A DNA stretch of 64,000 nucleotides from Octopus sinensis (GCF_006345805.1 NC_043010.1:52576001-52640000), one strand, 5' to 3'; positions 1-14,688 are shown, numbered from the stretch's first letter. A program made the numbers and translations. The notes: a model not told the origin generated them from the sequence alone.

Positions 1-514
1 AGATACACATCTCATACCCAATTATTCAGTGATAATGGACTGAACTGAACCGTAACTAATCAGCACATCTTCTGATAACTCACACATGGTATTTCAACGA
101 TTTCCTCTCACAGCTGCACGCACATCTGCGATGTTTTACTCAGTACTGCTGGATGCTGATCTCTCAGAACTTTCGTCACTATCGATATTTCTTCGGTCAT
201 CTTGGAAACGTCTGAATCACTCGTACAATTGTGTGTGACTCATACACCCCTCTCAGTACACCTTCTGCTACTTTACATAGGCCTCTGAGCAGATATCGTC
301 GTGACAGCTTCTTCTGTCATGGTTAATGCAATGATCACACGTTACGCACGTTTTTTCCAAGCACTGCTGTAAACAACGAAAGTGAGCTGGAACATTAAAA
401 CTCTGCTGTGCATGCACAGCAGAGGCCAAGGTGAATCTGTGCCAAGCGGTTTCACTCTACGTGGCTTAGCTTCGTTACTATGGTAACAGTCCGGATACTT
501 ATTAATCAGACCTT
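1..514 (-). mobile_element. Mariner (Tc1/mariner) relic: left TIR and decayed 5' part of the transposase; runs off the window edge
   Basis: Minus strand gives DVRAAVRGNR*NTMCELSEDVLISYGSVQSIITE*LGMRCVS, resembling the mariner second-HTH/'LGMRRV' segment. A TIR-like ggtctgattaataagtatccggac lies at ~490-513. Confidence 0.75.
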
Positions 515-519
515 GGGTA

Positions 520-750
520 GGCGGCGAACTGGCAGAATCGTTAGCATGCCGGGCGAAATGCTTCGCGGTATTTCGTCTGTCGCAACGTTGTGAGTTCAAA
601 TTCCGCCGAGGTCGACTTTGCCTTTCATCCCGTTGGGGTCGATAAATTAAGTACTAGTTACGCACTGGGGTCGATGTAGTCGACTTAATACCTATGTCTG
701 TCCTTGTTTGTCCCCTCTGTGTGTAGCCCCTTGTGGGTAATAAAGAAATA
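520..750 (+). mobile_element. tRNA-derived SINE, family B (ggcggcgagctggcagaatcgttagc...gagttcaaattccgccgaggtcgac...aaagaaata)
   Basis: A/B-box-like head (B box gagttcaaattcc). More than 20 related copies occur in the window. Confidence 0.8.
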
Positions 751-782
751 GGTATGCATGTATGTATATATATATGTGTGTG

Positions 783-831
<49 letters not shown>

Positions 832-1147
832 ATATATATATACATATACGCACACACATAATTGAAAGGAATGATAACGTATCTGTATAGAAGAGAGTTT
901 TAAAATATGTAAATTTAGCAGGAAACCAAGAGAATCCGCAGATCAAAAGTTGATGGTCATTTCTCATGGACAGCTACATATCCTGACAGATGCTGTTGCT
1001 CCGAGTCTTCAAAGCAATTTAACTTACAAATAACCAGGCTGGTAATGCAGAGAAATATATGATTAATGTAATTAATTATTTAGATAAGGACTAACGACGC
1101 GTATGATTCTAAGGCACGAAGATAGAAACAGCTGATGAGGAAGTTAA

Positions 1148-1367
1148 CTCTTTTGATACTAACCCGGTTGAAACCGGCTCTGGCTCTGTGGTAAAATGTC
1201 TTGTTTTCATAAGTTTTGAATTAGAATCTTCCACGAAACCTTAGTCACAATTTATGCTCCTAACACTAGCTCAATGATGACTATGTTATTTTACTAAATT
1301 CTTTGTTATATTTAAAATAATTGAAAGAAACACAAAGCATCTCAACAAAAATATGGTAACAAAAGGG
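1148..1367. mobile_element. piggyBac-like MITE, copy 1 (decayed ends)
   Basis: Homologous along its length to 4645-4865. Ends ttaa|ctcttttgatac...gtaacaaaaggg. Confidence 0.6.
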
Positions 1368-3039
1368 ACACAGTCGGGTGAGCAAGGAGTAGAAGACGTA
1401 CGAAGATTCCAACCTGGACAGAACATTGATTTATGGTAAAAAGAAATGATCTGAAAAAATAGATGGACGCTGAAGGTTATAGCCTCCCTTTGGCGGTTCA
1501 GAAGATAGTGGGGACTCGATGAGTTGTTTATTACAGGGATTGCATCGAGTTCTACTACTAAGGCATTTCTGTTTTAATGACTGAACAGCTAATTTTGATA
1601 GAGTTCTACTGTCTATTATGCAGGACACATATACTACGCTACAACTCAGACAATGACCATTTAGAAGGCATTTTTATATATCCTATAGTTGCATTTCATT
1701 TTTATCTGCTACCAAACTGTTATCGCCTTTTGTTTTAATATAGTTATGATCCCTATCGATAGTTAAACTATCAAGCAAAAACCATTATTTCATCTGTTCT
1801 GTTTTGTGTTGTTACTGCTAGGACTTGCATTTTTACCTATGCTATTATGGCCATCGTTATAGTCTAGAAGAATAAGTGCATCATTGTTCCTAGTATGGTT
1901 GCTACCATTAAAAGAATTACCATGGTTGTTGTTACTCGTATTTTTATTTCCTGTGGTATTCCTGACAGAACAAAAATTTTGCAGATTTCCAGTCCATCCT
2001 GCTGGCTATTTCTGCTACACAAAATATAGACCACATTATAGCTATAATTATAGCAAGTGCTTCTTTCCCAATTACCACGATGTCAATAAATAGCAGAATT
2101 TCCCTAATGTAATGACTATTCCTATTATTATTATCATTATTCAAATTTCATCCCTTACAGCTCGAATTTGAAGCTCAATCCACTGCATTGCGTGACCCCC
2201 AGTTTTGTCCGTCGGACTAAAACAAGCCCTTTCATACTTTACCAAGATGTTTCATGAATGGCATTCTAATACATATAGAACTTTCTGATCATTGTTTTAT
2301 AGTACAGAGACATAGTTTTGTTTAACATAAATAAACCTCCTTTGGTCATAAAACTGCCCTCACAAATATATAGCTTTCATATTCTGTGGCACTTGTTAAA
2401 TTTTCAAGATTTATCTTAGGAAAAGCATAGCATCGTCGACAAAAGAAATTACAGTACTATTGCCGAACCGCTAAGTTATGGGTACATATACAAACCAGCA
2501 TCGGTTTTCAAGCAATGGTATGGTTGGACAAACATTGACACATGCACAGACACGCACGCGTGCGTGTGCACACACACATATATACATACGTAAGTCGTCG
2601 AAAGGTTTATAAATCAGGAAAAAGATGCACTCATATATCTGGCAAAGAGTGGGTATATTATCTGAAGTGTACAGTATTATATATCCATCACAGCTGGTCT
2701 TACCAATCGGTTTCGCACTAGGCGTACAACGGAGTGTTAGGTAACAATCGGAATATATAACCCTACGCTCATCAGAAGTATCTGATATCGAATGAAATAT
2801 GGTGACTGCTCTCTATTGTTGGACGTAAAAGGACACATCCAGTTTGTGGTTGCTGTGAAAAGATGATGAAACGAACCAAGCAGAAGATTTAGTTAATAGC
2901 TATGTTCCTTGGTACCGAGCGATCACAAAGTGTTTGTAGGAATTGTGTGCATCTATCAGGCTGGTGTTCCTGTGGAAATGGGATATGTGTAGCGGTACTG
3001 TATGTATAACAGTTTTCAGGGTTGTAGGCATTCATTACT

Positions 3040-3240
3040 GTGTATTTTCTGTCTGTATTGGTTTAATACATATATACGATGGACTTCTTTCAGTTTCCAT
3101 CTACCAAATCCACTCACAAGGCTTTGGTCGGCCCGAGGCTATAGGAGAAGACACTTGCCCAAGGTGCCACGCAGTGGGAATGAAACTGGAATCATGTGAT
3201 TCGTAAGCAAGTTACTTACCACACAGCCACTCCTACATCT
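3040..3240 (-). mobile_element. tRNA-derived SINE family A, 5' half
   Basis: Reverse complement of the family A consensus seen full length at 31074-31484. Confidence 0.75.
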
Positions 3241-3261
3241 ATATCTAATTTCTATCTGAGA

Positions 3262-3595
3262 GACCCCCTTCAGTCACGACACAGACCATGGGATTGCACC
3301 TAGAAAGTTACCCTCCCAGACACAAGTCCAGGCAAGGTTGTTTATGAAAGACCAGCAGTTGCCCATGCATACTGCCTCCCCTCTCCACGCCACCAGTGTT
3401 ATCTAAGGGAAAGGCAAAGGCCAATACAGCTTGGCATCTGTGACATCGCAACTCTTTTCTACAGCTGAGTGAACTGGAGATACATGAAATAAAGTGTTCT
3501 GCTCAAGAACACAACAAGCAGCTCGGTCCAGAATTTGAGCTCACAACCTCACGATCATAAGCTCAACGCTCTAACCACTGAGCCATGCATCTTCA
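3262..3595 (-). mobile_element. tRNA-derived SINE family F, copy 1
   Basis: Minus-strand head tggctcagtggttagagcg...gagctcaaattc (A and B boxes). A second copy is at 23205-23527. Confidence 0.7.
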
Positions 3596-3894
3596 CTAGT
3601 GAAAGAGTTCTACAGTGAAAGGGATAATGAGTAGTAGTTAGTATCTTTTGGTTTTTAAAAATGCTTGTAGTTTTGTCAGTGAAGCTAAAATAGAGGATCC
3701 TCAAGTAATAATGGAAACAAATAGTGCCAATCCTCAAGGTCTGGATGCTGTCTCAGAAACCAACCTCTTGAATATTTCTACCAACAGAGCTAAGGCATCA
3801 TTTGTAAGCCCGCCAAGATAAATATGATTGATACCGATGTTACCATTATACTTAGACTGTTGAATGTTGATGATCATAGAGAAAAAACCAAAAC

Positions 3895-4280
3895 CATGTA
3901 GACCAACCACATGGTTCCGGGTTCATTCCCGCTGCATGTCACCTTGGATAAGTGTCTTCTACTATAAGCCTCAGGTTGACCAAAGCCTTGTGAGTGGATT
4001 TGGTAGATGGAAACTGAAAGAACCCCGTTGTATATATGTATATATATATGTATGTGTGTGTATGTTTGTGTCTGTGTTGTTCCCCCCCCCCCCTCAACAT
4101 CGTTTGACTACCGATACTGGTGTGTTTACGTCCCTGTAACTTAGCGGTTCTGAAAAAGAGACCGATAGAATAAGTACTAGGCTTCCAAAGAATAAGTCCC
4201 GGGGTCAATTTGTTCGACTAAAGGCGGTGCTCCAGCATGGCTGCCGTCAAATGACTGAAACAAGTAAAAGAGTAAAAAAG
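3895..4280 (+). mobile_element. tRNA-derived SINE family A, near full length
   Basis: ccacatggttccgggttca...gggtcaatttgttcgactaaaggcggtgctccagcatgg...aaacaagtaaaagag. Confidence 0.8.
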
Positions 4281-4334
4281 TATATGGAAATGGAAGCACA
4301 ATGCTCAAACCACCACCACCACCACTAATACTTG

Positions 4335-4625
4335 ACCAAGCATTTGGTTAGGAAGTTCTACTGCACCCACTGTATTCTCCAGACTGCACCTTCAGATGGT
4401 CACTTTCTACAGTTGATCTCTAATATTCTGAGGCATTTCATTCATCAATGTTGGTGCTGAGTATGCAGCTTGATGAATTCTTTGAGACAAGACCCAGTGA
4501 TTTCTACCATCAAAGCATTTGATAAGCAAGTGGAAAATATTGGCAAGAAGTTGCAAACAATGATGGATGGAGAATATGTTTCCAGCTGATTTATTTAAAT
4601 TGTTGATTAAAAAATAAGGACGAAC
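4335..4625 (+). mobile_element. Mariner transposase C-terminal relic
   Basis: Translates EVLLHPLYSPD-(fs)-APSDGH... and LDEFFETRPSDFYHQSI, i.e. the YSPDLAPSD motif and C-terminal helix of mariner transposases, with stops and frameshifts. Confidence 0.7.
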
Positions 4626-4644
4626 CCTTTCACTGTGAAATTAA

Positions 4645-4865
4645 CCCTTTCGTTACCAATCCGGCTGAAACTGGCTCTGGCTCTTTAGTACAAATGCCTG
4701 GTTTTCAAAAGTTCTGAATTAAAATCTTCCACCAAACCTTAGTCACAATTTATGTTCCTAAAACTAGCTTAATTATAATGATATTATTTTACTAAATTCT
4801 TTCTTATATTTAAAATAATTGGAAGAAACGCAGAGCATCTGAAAATAAATACAGTAATGAAAGGG
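4645..4865. mobile_element. piggyBac-like MITE, best copy: TTAA|CCCTTTCGTTAC...GTAATGAAAGGG|TTAA
   Basis: Short terminal inverted repeats starting CCC and flanked by TTAA on both sides. Related copies are at 1148-1367 and 28495-28676. Confidence 0.7.
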
Positions 4866-5274
4866 TTAAACTTAATGGTTATGCCAGTAATCATCATCCT
4901 CATTGTTTAACGTCTGTTTCCCATGCTGGCATAGGTTGAATGGTTTGATCAGAGCTGGCAAGTTGGAGAGCTGCATCAGGCTCCAGTCTGATTTGGCATA
5001 GTTTCTATGGTTGGATGGCCTTCCTGAAGCCAACCACCAACAATTATGTTAAATATCTACCAAGATATAGAATTGGTATTTTCTGTGAGTTACCTTGTCC
5101 CAGTAAACTTGATATATCTCCACAGAAAATAGTTGCATTCATGACATTTCTAAACAAAAGATAGATTGGTATATAAAACTGCTTTCCACAGATAAGAGTA
5201 ATGAAATTTTGAGTAGGTACACCTGATTTCTGCAGAAAAATTGTAAAAATTAATTGACAGAAAAAAATATTATG

Positions 5275-5495
5275 CATGAGTGGGTGCTGAAAATTTCCTG
5301 GCTTTGGGCAAAAGAAAAATACAGGAGGATCAGTTAATTATAATTTTATTGAACATATTCCCCTCTCAGATTATCACACTTATTGCAGTGGTCCTTCAGT
5401 TTTTCTAAGCCCTGTAAAAGACATCTGAAGGTTGGGTCTCCAACTAGGCTTTTCATGATACCCTTAAAACCAGGAACTTTTCAGCACCCCTTTGT
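5275..5495 (-). mobile_element. Mariner-derived MITE (~220 bp), copy 1
   Basis: TIRs gggtgctgaaaatttcctggctt / aaaccaggaacttttcagcacccc. An opposite-orientation homologue is at 44896-45113 and a partial copy at ~5787-5853. Confidence 0.8.
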
Positions 5496-7199
5496 GTGTG
5501 TGCATGTGTGTGTGTGAATATATATAGAGTGCATAAGGTGAAACTGTTAAAAGTGAAACTATTATGTTACATTACAATAGAGATGTTATTGTTTTAGGCA
5601 TGAAGTTGAAAATTGTTTTAGCCCATGACACTCCATAGACCATAAGTAGTGCATGTGTAAAATTTGAATGAAATCAGTTGGGTAGTTCTCGAGTTTTAGT
5701 GATGTTCACATAGACATACATTCTCAGTTTTATATATATAGATATACATACATACATACAGATATATATATGTACATATACATGGAAAGTTGGGCTGTCA
5801 GCCAGACCTTTCGTGATACCCTTAAAGTCAGGAAATTTTCAGTATCCCTTCATATTTATCAGATAACCCTAAAGATGGCTGATGTTATGGGGAGGAAGTT
5901 ACTGTGTTCAATGATTAATACAGGGTCTGGACAGTTGGATCTCCAATTAGGGTGGTGAAATGAGGAGAGCTTAATGGATCGACAGTAACGGATTTGAGTG
6001 TGTATGTATAAGGGGTGGGGGTAGGTGATTATGTGTTGGTGATCAAGGTGACTGCATGTAGGTGCACATTGTTAAACAATGAAACATAAAATTTATGAAA
6101 CACAAAATTGATTGATTTAGTTTTGACGAGACTCATCGTTTATTTTAATTAATGAATTTTTTTCTTTTTCATCTTATATATTACAACAGGTTTCTTTTTT
6201 TTCAGTAAAAAAAAAGTCAAATAAATAGATAAATAAATAAATAAATAAATAAGGGGGTGGTGGCAACAGTCTGTAGTGACACTAATTTCATTATTGTTAT
6301 TATTATTATTATTATTAATATTATTATTATCATTATTATTATTATAACGATGATGATGATGACCGTCATCAACTCCATCAACATCTTTATTTTTGTTATG
6401 ATGATGATCATCAATTCATCATCATTGTCATCATCATCGTAATTATCATCATCATCATCATCATCAATTTTGTCACTATTATTGTTGAAAAGAAATCCAT
6501 CATTATTGTGGGGTGTAGTGCTTGTGTGAATATTGCTTGTATGGCTTATCAGTAAATCACTATTATTTTATTTTACATATGTATACATATATGTATATAC
6601 ATATATATACACACACACACATACCTATAAACATACACACACACACACACACACACACATATAATATATATAGCATATAACTGCAGTTATCACCAAGCTT
6701 ATTATTATTAGTGCTATGATCAATTATTGTAAAAAAAAAAATAAAACAAAATAAATTAGTATTTTTCATTATAGTAACAATTGCTTGTAATAATTATATT
6801 ATCATCATCATCATCATTATTGTCACCTTCATGTATTACCATTGAGCCAAATATATTATTATCATTATTATAATATCATTGTCATTATCATCATCATCAT
6901 CATTGCCGTCATCATCATCACTATCCTAAATTTCTTTTGTGGTTTTGGGGAGAGAAAACAGTTTGGCTGTGCAGGTCACAATGAGATCAAATCATGAATT
7001 TTGCAGATGGTCAGCACTTTATACTTTTCTGAATATGGATGCTGACCAGTGGCTAAGCTAAGCCTAATGTAAAGTCCATGAGCCAAATAGTAGAAATAAT
7101 AATATAATAATAATATACAGAAAGTAGGTATGGTATTCTGTGTGTATTGCTTTTTTCTAAATATCTTTCATATATATATGAAAGATATTTAGAAAATAG

Positions 7200-7236
<37 letters not shown>

Positions 7237-7336
7237 TATATATATATATAGATATATATATATATGTTGAGAATTCACAAAAAAACAAGACGAAGACAGA
7301 TGTGTAGACAACAAACAGATGTCTTAATTCAACGCT

Positions 7337-7614
7337 TTTTCAAGCTATGCCTGGCTCATAAGGGCCAGTTTCCAGGTTTCATTGGTATATAGGCAGGATG
7401 CTGGTCCATCTCAGGTGAGCTGCTAGATGCAGGAGGAAAGAGTGAGAGAAAGTTGTGGCAAAAGAGTCAGCAGAAGTTCGCCATTACATTCTGCCGGAGC
7501 TATATGGAGCTTAGGTCTTTCACTCATAAAAACACACATCGTCCGGTCTGAGATTTGAACCCGCGATCCCTCGACCACGAGTCCACTGCTCTAACCACAA
7601 GGCCATATGCCTCC
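7337..7614 (-). mobile_element. tRNA-derived SINE family C variant
   Basis: Head tggccttgtggttagagcagtggactcgtggtcgagggatcgcgggttcaaatc on the minus strand. The tail resembles 17993-18297. Confidence 0.7.
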
Positions 7615-10600
7615 ACACACACACACACACATTTATTGAAATATGAATGAGAAGCAGCCTGAGGGATATTAACAATATTGAATATACATATACAAGGTAT
7701 GTGCTTTGTCAGTTTGTGTGCAGGCTGCCATTGTAAGTGATTTGATGAGAATATATTCTCTTGTACCCACAATTGCAGCCTGCCCACAGACTGACAAAAC
7801 ACATACCTTGAGTATGTGAGTTTGATATTGCTTGTATGTATATATATACATGTGTGTGTGTGTGTGTACATCTATATCTCTCTCTATATATAGATATAAT
7901 ATATATATATATATATATGTGTATGTATATGTACACAGAGATACAGATATGTGTGAGTGTATATACATACACATAGTCCACAGACACAAACATACTCATA
8001 CACACGTGTTTATGTATATGTGTGTGTGTGTATTTATATATGCTTATAACAATAAGGATTTCCTTTAGAGAGACAAGATCCCACATGAACAAAGAGAAAG
8101 AGAGGGAGAGAGAGAGGAAGAAAGAAGATAGCAATGAACAGGTTGTGGCTGTTATGCCTTTCCCAAGCAAAATGGTGAACAGCCAAAATCTATCATGGCA
8201 TGCATGTTTGATTTAGACGAGCTTTGATGTACCCTGAACATATACTGCCTTCAACAACAACTACAATGATAATAATAATAATAATCCTTTCTACTGTAGA
8301 CACAATGCCTGAAATTTTAGGAGAAAGGCTTTAACTGATTAAATTGACCCAGTGCTAAACTGGTCCTTATTTCATTAACCTTGAAGGGATGAAAGGCAAA
8401 GTCAACCTTGGAACATAGAGAGCTGGAAGATATGTTCATATGCATTTTGTTCAATATGCCAAACATTCTACCAGCTCAATGCCTTAATAACAATGATAAT
8501 GATGGTGAAAATTATCATGACAATGATTTCTTTAGCCCAATTAATGTAATGGGGAGGCACAGCCAGCTGGTATTTGCCCACCAATATATATATATATATA
8601 TATATATTACTAGTAGTTTTTTTTATTTTTTAAATGTTTTTTATTTATTATTGTTTTGCCCATTAAGGTCTGAAAAAGAAAAAAAATCTAGCCCAGCAAA
8701 GATTTGAACCCAGAACATATGCGTGTGCGTGTGAGTGTGCATGTGCTCCTGTATATACATATATATATATATATACATGTTTATATGTATACATATATAT
8801 ATCATACATATATATACATATGTACATATATATATATATACACACACACACATATACATACATTCATATATATATACACACATGCAAACACACGTAAATA
8901 CATGTTTTAAGTAACAAAATTTTAGTAATCTACAACCTTAATGATGATGATGATGATGATGGTAATGACTCCTATTTCTAGTATAGAGTCCAAAGTCCCA
9001 AAATTTAAAGAGTATGGTGCAGAGATGTTTATCAGACTCAAATGTAAGCCTGGAAATGTAAAGGCTACCTTGATAGGGTTTGAACTCAAGAACTCTTGAT
9101 TCGAGTTCAAATCTTGCTGAGGTAGATTTTTGCCTTTCATCTTACCTGAGGTTGAATATAATAAGTAATTACCAATGTCATTTTTTTGCTAATATTAATA
9201 ATAATAATAATAATAATAATGATGACTGCTCTGATTATAGATAATAATACTGCTAACGCTATTACTACTAGTAGTAGTAGTAACAGCAACAGTAGTATTG
9301 GTAGTAGTAGTAGTAGTTGTAAGTGTAGTGGTAGTAATGTTTATTATGGGGTTAATAATCATCAACAACAGTGTATAAACAACAGCAGCAGGAGTAGCAG
9401 TAACAAATAATAATAATGATAGTAGTAGTAGTAGTAGTAGTAGTAGTTGTGGTAATCTATCCATGAAATGATTAATGAAAAAAGGTAAAAATGATTTCCA
9501 GATAACTGTTCTGAATCTTCTTTTCTTAATTTCTCTAGCATGCAGCTAATACAAATAGCCCGTTTTCTCAATCCCTACCACTATTCATAAGACATATCTT
9601 CATCTTTTATCTTTAACACTCATTTCAGTCACTGGACTACAGCCATGCTGGGGCACTGCCTTTGAAGGGTTCAACTGACACAGTGACCCTGAAACTATGT
9701 TTTGAAGTTTGGTATTTATTCTATTGGCCCTTTTCACTGAAACTCCTTAGTTATGGGGATGTAAACAAGCCAACACTGTTTGTCAAGTGGGGATGCGTGT
9801 GTCTGTGGGGGGGGGAGGGACACATATACAAAGACAAAGACATATACCATACAAACATACACACACACACACATATTTCTGTCTACCAAATTCACTCACA
9901 AGGCATTGGCCGACCTGGGGCTATAGCAGAAGACACTTGCCCAAGGTGCCACACAGTGACTCTGATCCCCAAATCCCGTGGTTGCAAAGCAAACATCTTA
10001 ACCACACACACATATATACATGTAGACAAATATATGAAACTTCCACACCATTTCATTAATAAGAGTTAAGAAAATGTTGGACCTGGTAGGAATTGAACTT
10101 GAGATCAAATGATAATGAAGACATTCCCTGCCACCACTAGCTCCAACAACAACAACAACAAAAACAATTACAAAACCAACATTACTCTATACTGTATCAA
10201 AGGATGCCCTTTTACCCAGACTCTCTCGCTTACTCCAGGTTGTACACCACAACAAAAATCAAGTTAAGGGTACGATGAACTACTTTGACAAATCAGTCTC
10301 CCATCTTGATTGAGATATTTGTCTATATGGCAAGCAGCTTCATCAATCTCACCCATCTCCAGACCACCTGTCTCTTTTAAAAGCCTTGCATACAGAAGAC
10401 AAAGAAAAAGAAAAAAAGCTTGGTACTTGGTACTTATCTATTAATCTCTTTTGCTGAACTGCTAAGTTACAGAGGCATAAAAAAAACCAACACGTGGGGA
10501 GTAGGGGGGGGACAAAGGCAGACAGAAAGATAAACACATATAGACATACATACATACATAATACGTATATATACATATACACAATGAGCTTCTTATAGCT

Positions 10601-12899
10601 TCCATTAACCAAATCCAATCATAGAGCTTTAGTCAGCCTAGAGCTATGCAGAAGACACTTGCCAAAGTTGCCATGCAGTAAGAATGAACCCAGGACCATG
10701 TGGCTGGGAAACAAACTTCTTACCACACAACCACACTTGTTGCCTAACCTAGAGCTTAAACATCCTGCTCCTTGATTCTCTAGAGACACACCAAAATAAA
10801 ACAGGCCTTCAGCAAGGCTTAGACTCTTGACCATTCAGTAACAACCTGACACAAGTTTTCCTCTGATAAATTTTAGAAAAAAAAAAATGAAATAAAAGGC
10901 CTAAAAGTATATAGATAATAATCTGTAAATCAACCACAGCAACACCAACATCAAAACTAATGTATTAGTTTTGTGTGAACTTGTAAACTGTTACCTGCTC
11001 CATTTTTGAAAACCTCCTTGTATGCATCTAGCTACTTCTTCCCATTGTTCCTATTGTAGCTCCCTTACTCACCACTGATGTGCCTTTTAATTTTTTGTAC
11101 TGTGGATGAATACAGATCTTTGCTTGCATACAACCATATGAGTAACCATCACTCAAATATTATGTTGGCTATCCGAGTAAATGCACACCATTTCTAAGTG
11201 TATATTATTTTAGGGTTTTGTTATGAAATTAAGAAATTAATTTCTTCAGATAAAAATATTTAAATTTCATCTTGAAAACCTTGGAAATGCAAATGGCTAA
11301 TTCAAAACAATTAGAATAAATAGTAATCTGAATGCTAATGGGTTAAAGTAAACAGCTAAGATTGTGATTCTTTAACACTTTGTGAATTTTCTTCTGAAAT
11401 TCTATTTGAAAGAAACACAAGCCATAAGCTTCAGTGTAACCACTGATAAGAACTTTGGTCACATTTTTATTATGGCATTGCAAATATTGTCAGAAATAGC
11501 ATATCTAGGACTAATTCAGCATGTACCTCAGCTTTTCTTTTTCTAATCAACCATGTATGAAAGTACCCACAGTCACCCTGCAATATGCCAGCATGAACAG
11601 GAATGCTTACAACCAGCTTGGATAATAAACCAGCAACAACACACTGCAGCTTTTTTTTATCCAGTAATGGGTAGACATCAGGTGAAAGAAGGTTGCGATA
11701 TGAGGAAGATTTGGCTACTATTTTTCTCAGTTTCATGACCAAATCCTTTTAAAGGGTTCTTCATTGGGCTTATTGAGAAGATAATTAATTAGTAGCTATG
11801 CATACAATATCAAATGAGAGGGCTCAGTCTGGAATCACTGAATAGGTCACGTTTGAACACTGTGACCACAGGCTGAAAACAGCAACAAGGAGAGGGCATT
11901 CATCATTGATAGACCACAATACCTCAGAATCTGTGGATGGAGTCCCTTGATTTTCCTAAAGAGACAGTCCTCAATATAGGGGCATGTACATTAACACAGA
12001 CAAACACATGCTCACATATGTCCATTTGTGAAAGATATATTTATATATATAGTTCAGATTTATAGAAAAACAAAGATGAAGACAGGTGCAGGAAGAATGA
12101 GCAAGTGTATTAGTTTGACACTTGGGAAAAATGGGAAAGTCTTTTACGTTATGAGACTACACTCTTCGACAAAAAGGGATACGATGAAATAAACAAAGAG
12201 AGAATGAAAAATAAATGTGTTGAGTTCAGTGGTCCAACATGGTGAGGCCATTTACAAAACATTTTGTAAATTGCTTTGTAATGTCACTTTTTAATTACCC
12301 TTGGAGTGAAAGAAAATTATTATTATCATTAATATTATTATCATCAGCACTATCATTATTAATTTAGGTGGCAGTAGTAGTAGTTTAGATAGCTTATGGT
12401 GAACCCTGATCTTGAGTACATTTCCAATTAAAGACATTCCCGCCATGACCATCCTGTCCTTCTTTACATGTGAGTATGTATCAGGAAACTATTTTGTATA
12501 ATGAATCTTAAGCTTTTTTTTTTTGAACAAGGTAAGTAAAGAAATGATTGAGGGAGACTTGGTTGTTATTTCAAGCAAGTTTCCTTATGGTTTCACAGCA
12601 GAAGCAGTAAAATAGCTGTTGTCATTGATGTTGTTGTTGTTGTTGTTGACGACGACGATGATGATGATGATGCTAATGCAGCCCCATACAGACGCTGTAT
12701 TAATAAATTGAATAATGAGGGGTAGGGAAAAGAAGGGTGGGTAAATGGCAAAAGGGATGGGAGAAGTAAGAAAGATAAGGAAACCAGGCAGAGAGGGATG
12801 GGTAGAGGAGAAGTCAAAAAAGATGAGAGAGAGTTTTAAGGGATGGGTGTCTAGAGTTTAACCGCAGCAGAATTAGATATAGCTTGTACTAATTAGTGG

Positions 12900-13391
12900 T
12901 GGTAATGATGGTCATGCTGTTGTTGTTGATGATGATAATGATGATGATGATGATGATGGTGGCATTTGTAAGTTGCTAGGTCAGTGGTTAATTAGTTAGT
13001 TATTTTATTATTTATGTACACACACCACACACACAATTTTTATGCTAATATATATATATATAGTACATACATACACACACACACACAGTAATTAGCAACA
13101 TATATATACACTCATATGCATTCATACATATATACACATGTAAAAATTAGCAACATATGTATATATACATGTGTTGATATATATAATATTTATATATATA
13201 TATATATATTATATATATATGTATATATATATATGTATATATGTGTGTGTGTGTGTGTGTGTATATATATCTTTATGCATATAAGAGCTATACATATATA
13301 TATACATAAATGCACAGATATATAAATGAATATACATATATATATGTGTGTGTGTGTGTGTGTACGTGTACATGCACACATGTGTATATAT

Positions 13392-13423
<32 letters not shown>

Positions 13424-14525
13424 CACTCACACAGATATATATATATATACACGCACACACACACACACAGATATATATAAAACAGAAACATATGTACATA
13501 GATGGATGTATGTGTATGTATGTGTGTGTGTGAGTGTGTTTATGTATATGTGAGTATGAATACTGAAAAGTTATTGTCTCAGGTTTTCTAAAAATCAATA
13601 TAGTTTCTATTTTTTCTTTTTCCGTATTGATCTTCATTTGTTTTTTTTTTTTCATCATTTATCAAATTTTTAAAACAATTTCAAATCGTTTTTTCCTCTG
13701 ACAAATTATTATTATTATTATTTTTTTTTTTTTTTACTCCTTACTGTATCTTCTTTCCAACACCCCCCTCCGCCCCCACTCACCAAATTTTTTTTTCCTT
13801 CAGTTCCTTTTCTCATGTACTGTCTTTTGTATATTCACTTTTACTTTCATTCTGTTTCCATTTTTTTTTTCTGGGAAATTTTCTGTCTATTCACCCATCC
13901 CCCCCCCGGCTCACTTTTCATTTTAAGTCTTTTGAATGTTTTATTTATTTATTTTTTTTCATGTTTTCTGGTCTCTTCATAAACAACATCATCTTCATCC
14001 TCCTCCTACCCATTGTAACTCTCTCATATCTACTCTATATGTATATTTATAGATATAGATATATACATATGTATAGATATAGATATATCATCATTCTGTT
14101 GGTGTTCCTTCACACATTTGCTCTCCTTGTAACAATAAAGAAATCATCATCATTATAATTATTATTATTACTAATACCATCATTATTTGCATTTCCTGCT
14201 GCTGTGGTTGTTATTATCATTGTTGTTGTTACTTCTGCAGTCCATTGTCTCTTTTATCTTCTTTTTTTTTCTTTTCACGTAAAATCCTTTCATTTTTTAA
14301 AAATTCCAGATGTTTCTTTTCCATTTTCCCATTCTTTGTTTTTTAACAACCCGCTCCCTTCATTGTCTTGGCCATTTCATAACACCACTGTTTTGATTTT
14401 TCTCTGCCCTACGATTTCTTTTCAAAGTTCATTTATTTATCTTTTTACTGGATTTCATATTTTCTCTTCTAATTAATATATTTTGATGATGAATATTATT
14501 ATGATATGGGTGTGTGTGTTTGTAA

Positions 14526-14556
<31 letters not shown>

Positions 14557-14645
14557 TATTATATATGCATGTGTGTGTGTGTGTTCCAGCCTCAGTTCAA
14601 TTATCACAGAACATGGGAGTGATATACATGCTGTTTATGTGTGTG

Positions 14646-14688
<43 letters not shown>

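Noticed and set aside
1380-2150. Coding exons of a neighbouring gene
   Set aside because: All frames are interrupted by stops and no domain or consistent splice pattern was recognised.
11470-11742. 90-aa minus-strand ORF as a further exon or gene
   Set aside because: It lies downstream of the Myt1 stop, has no recognisable motif and no convincing splice sites.
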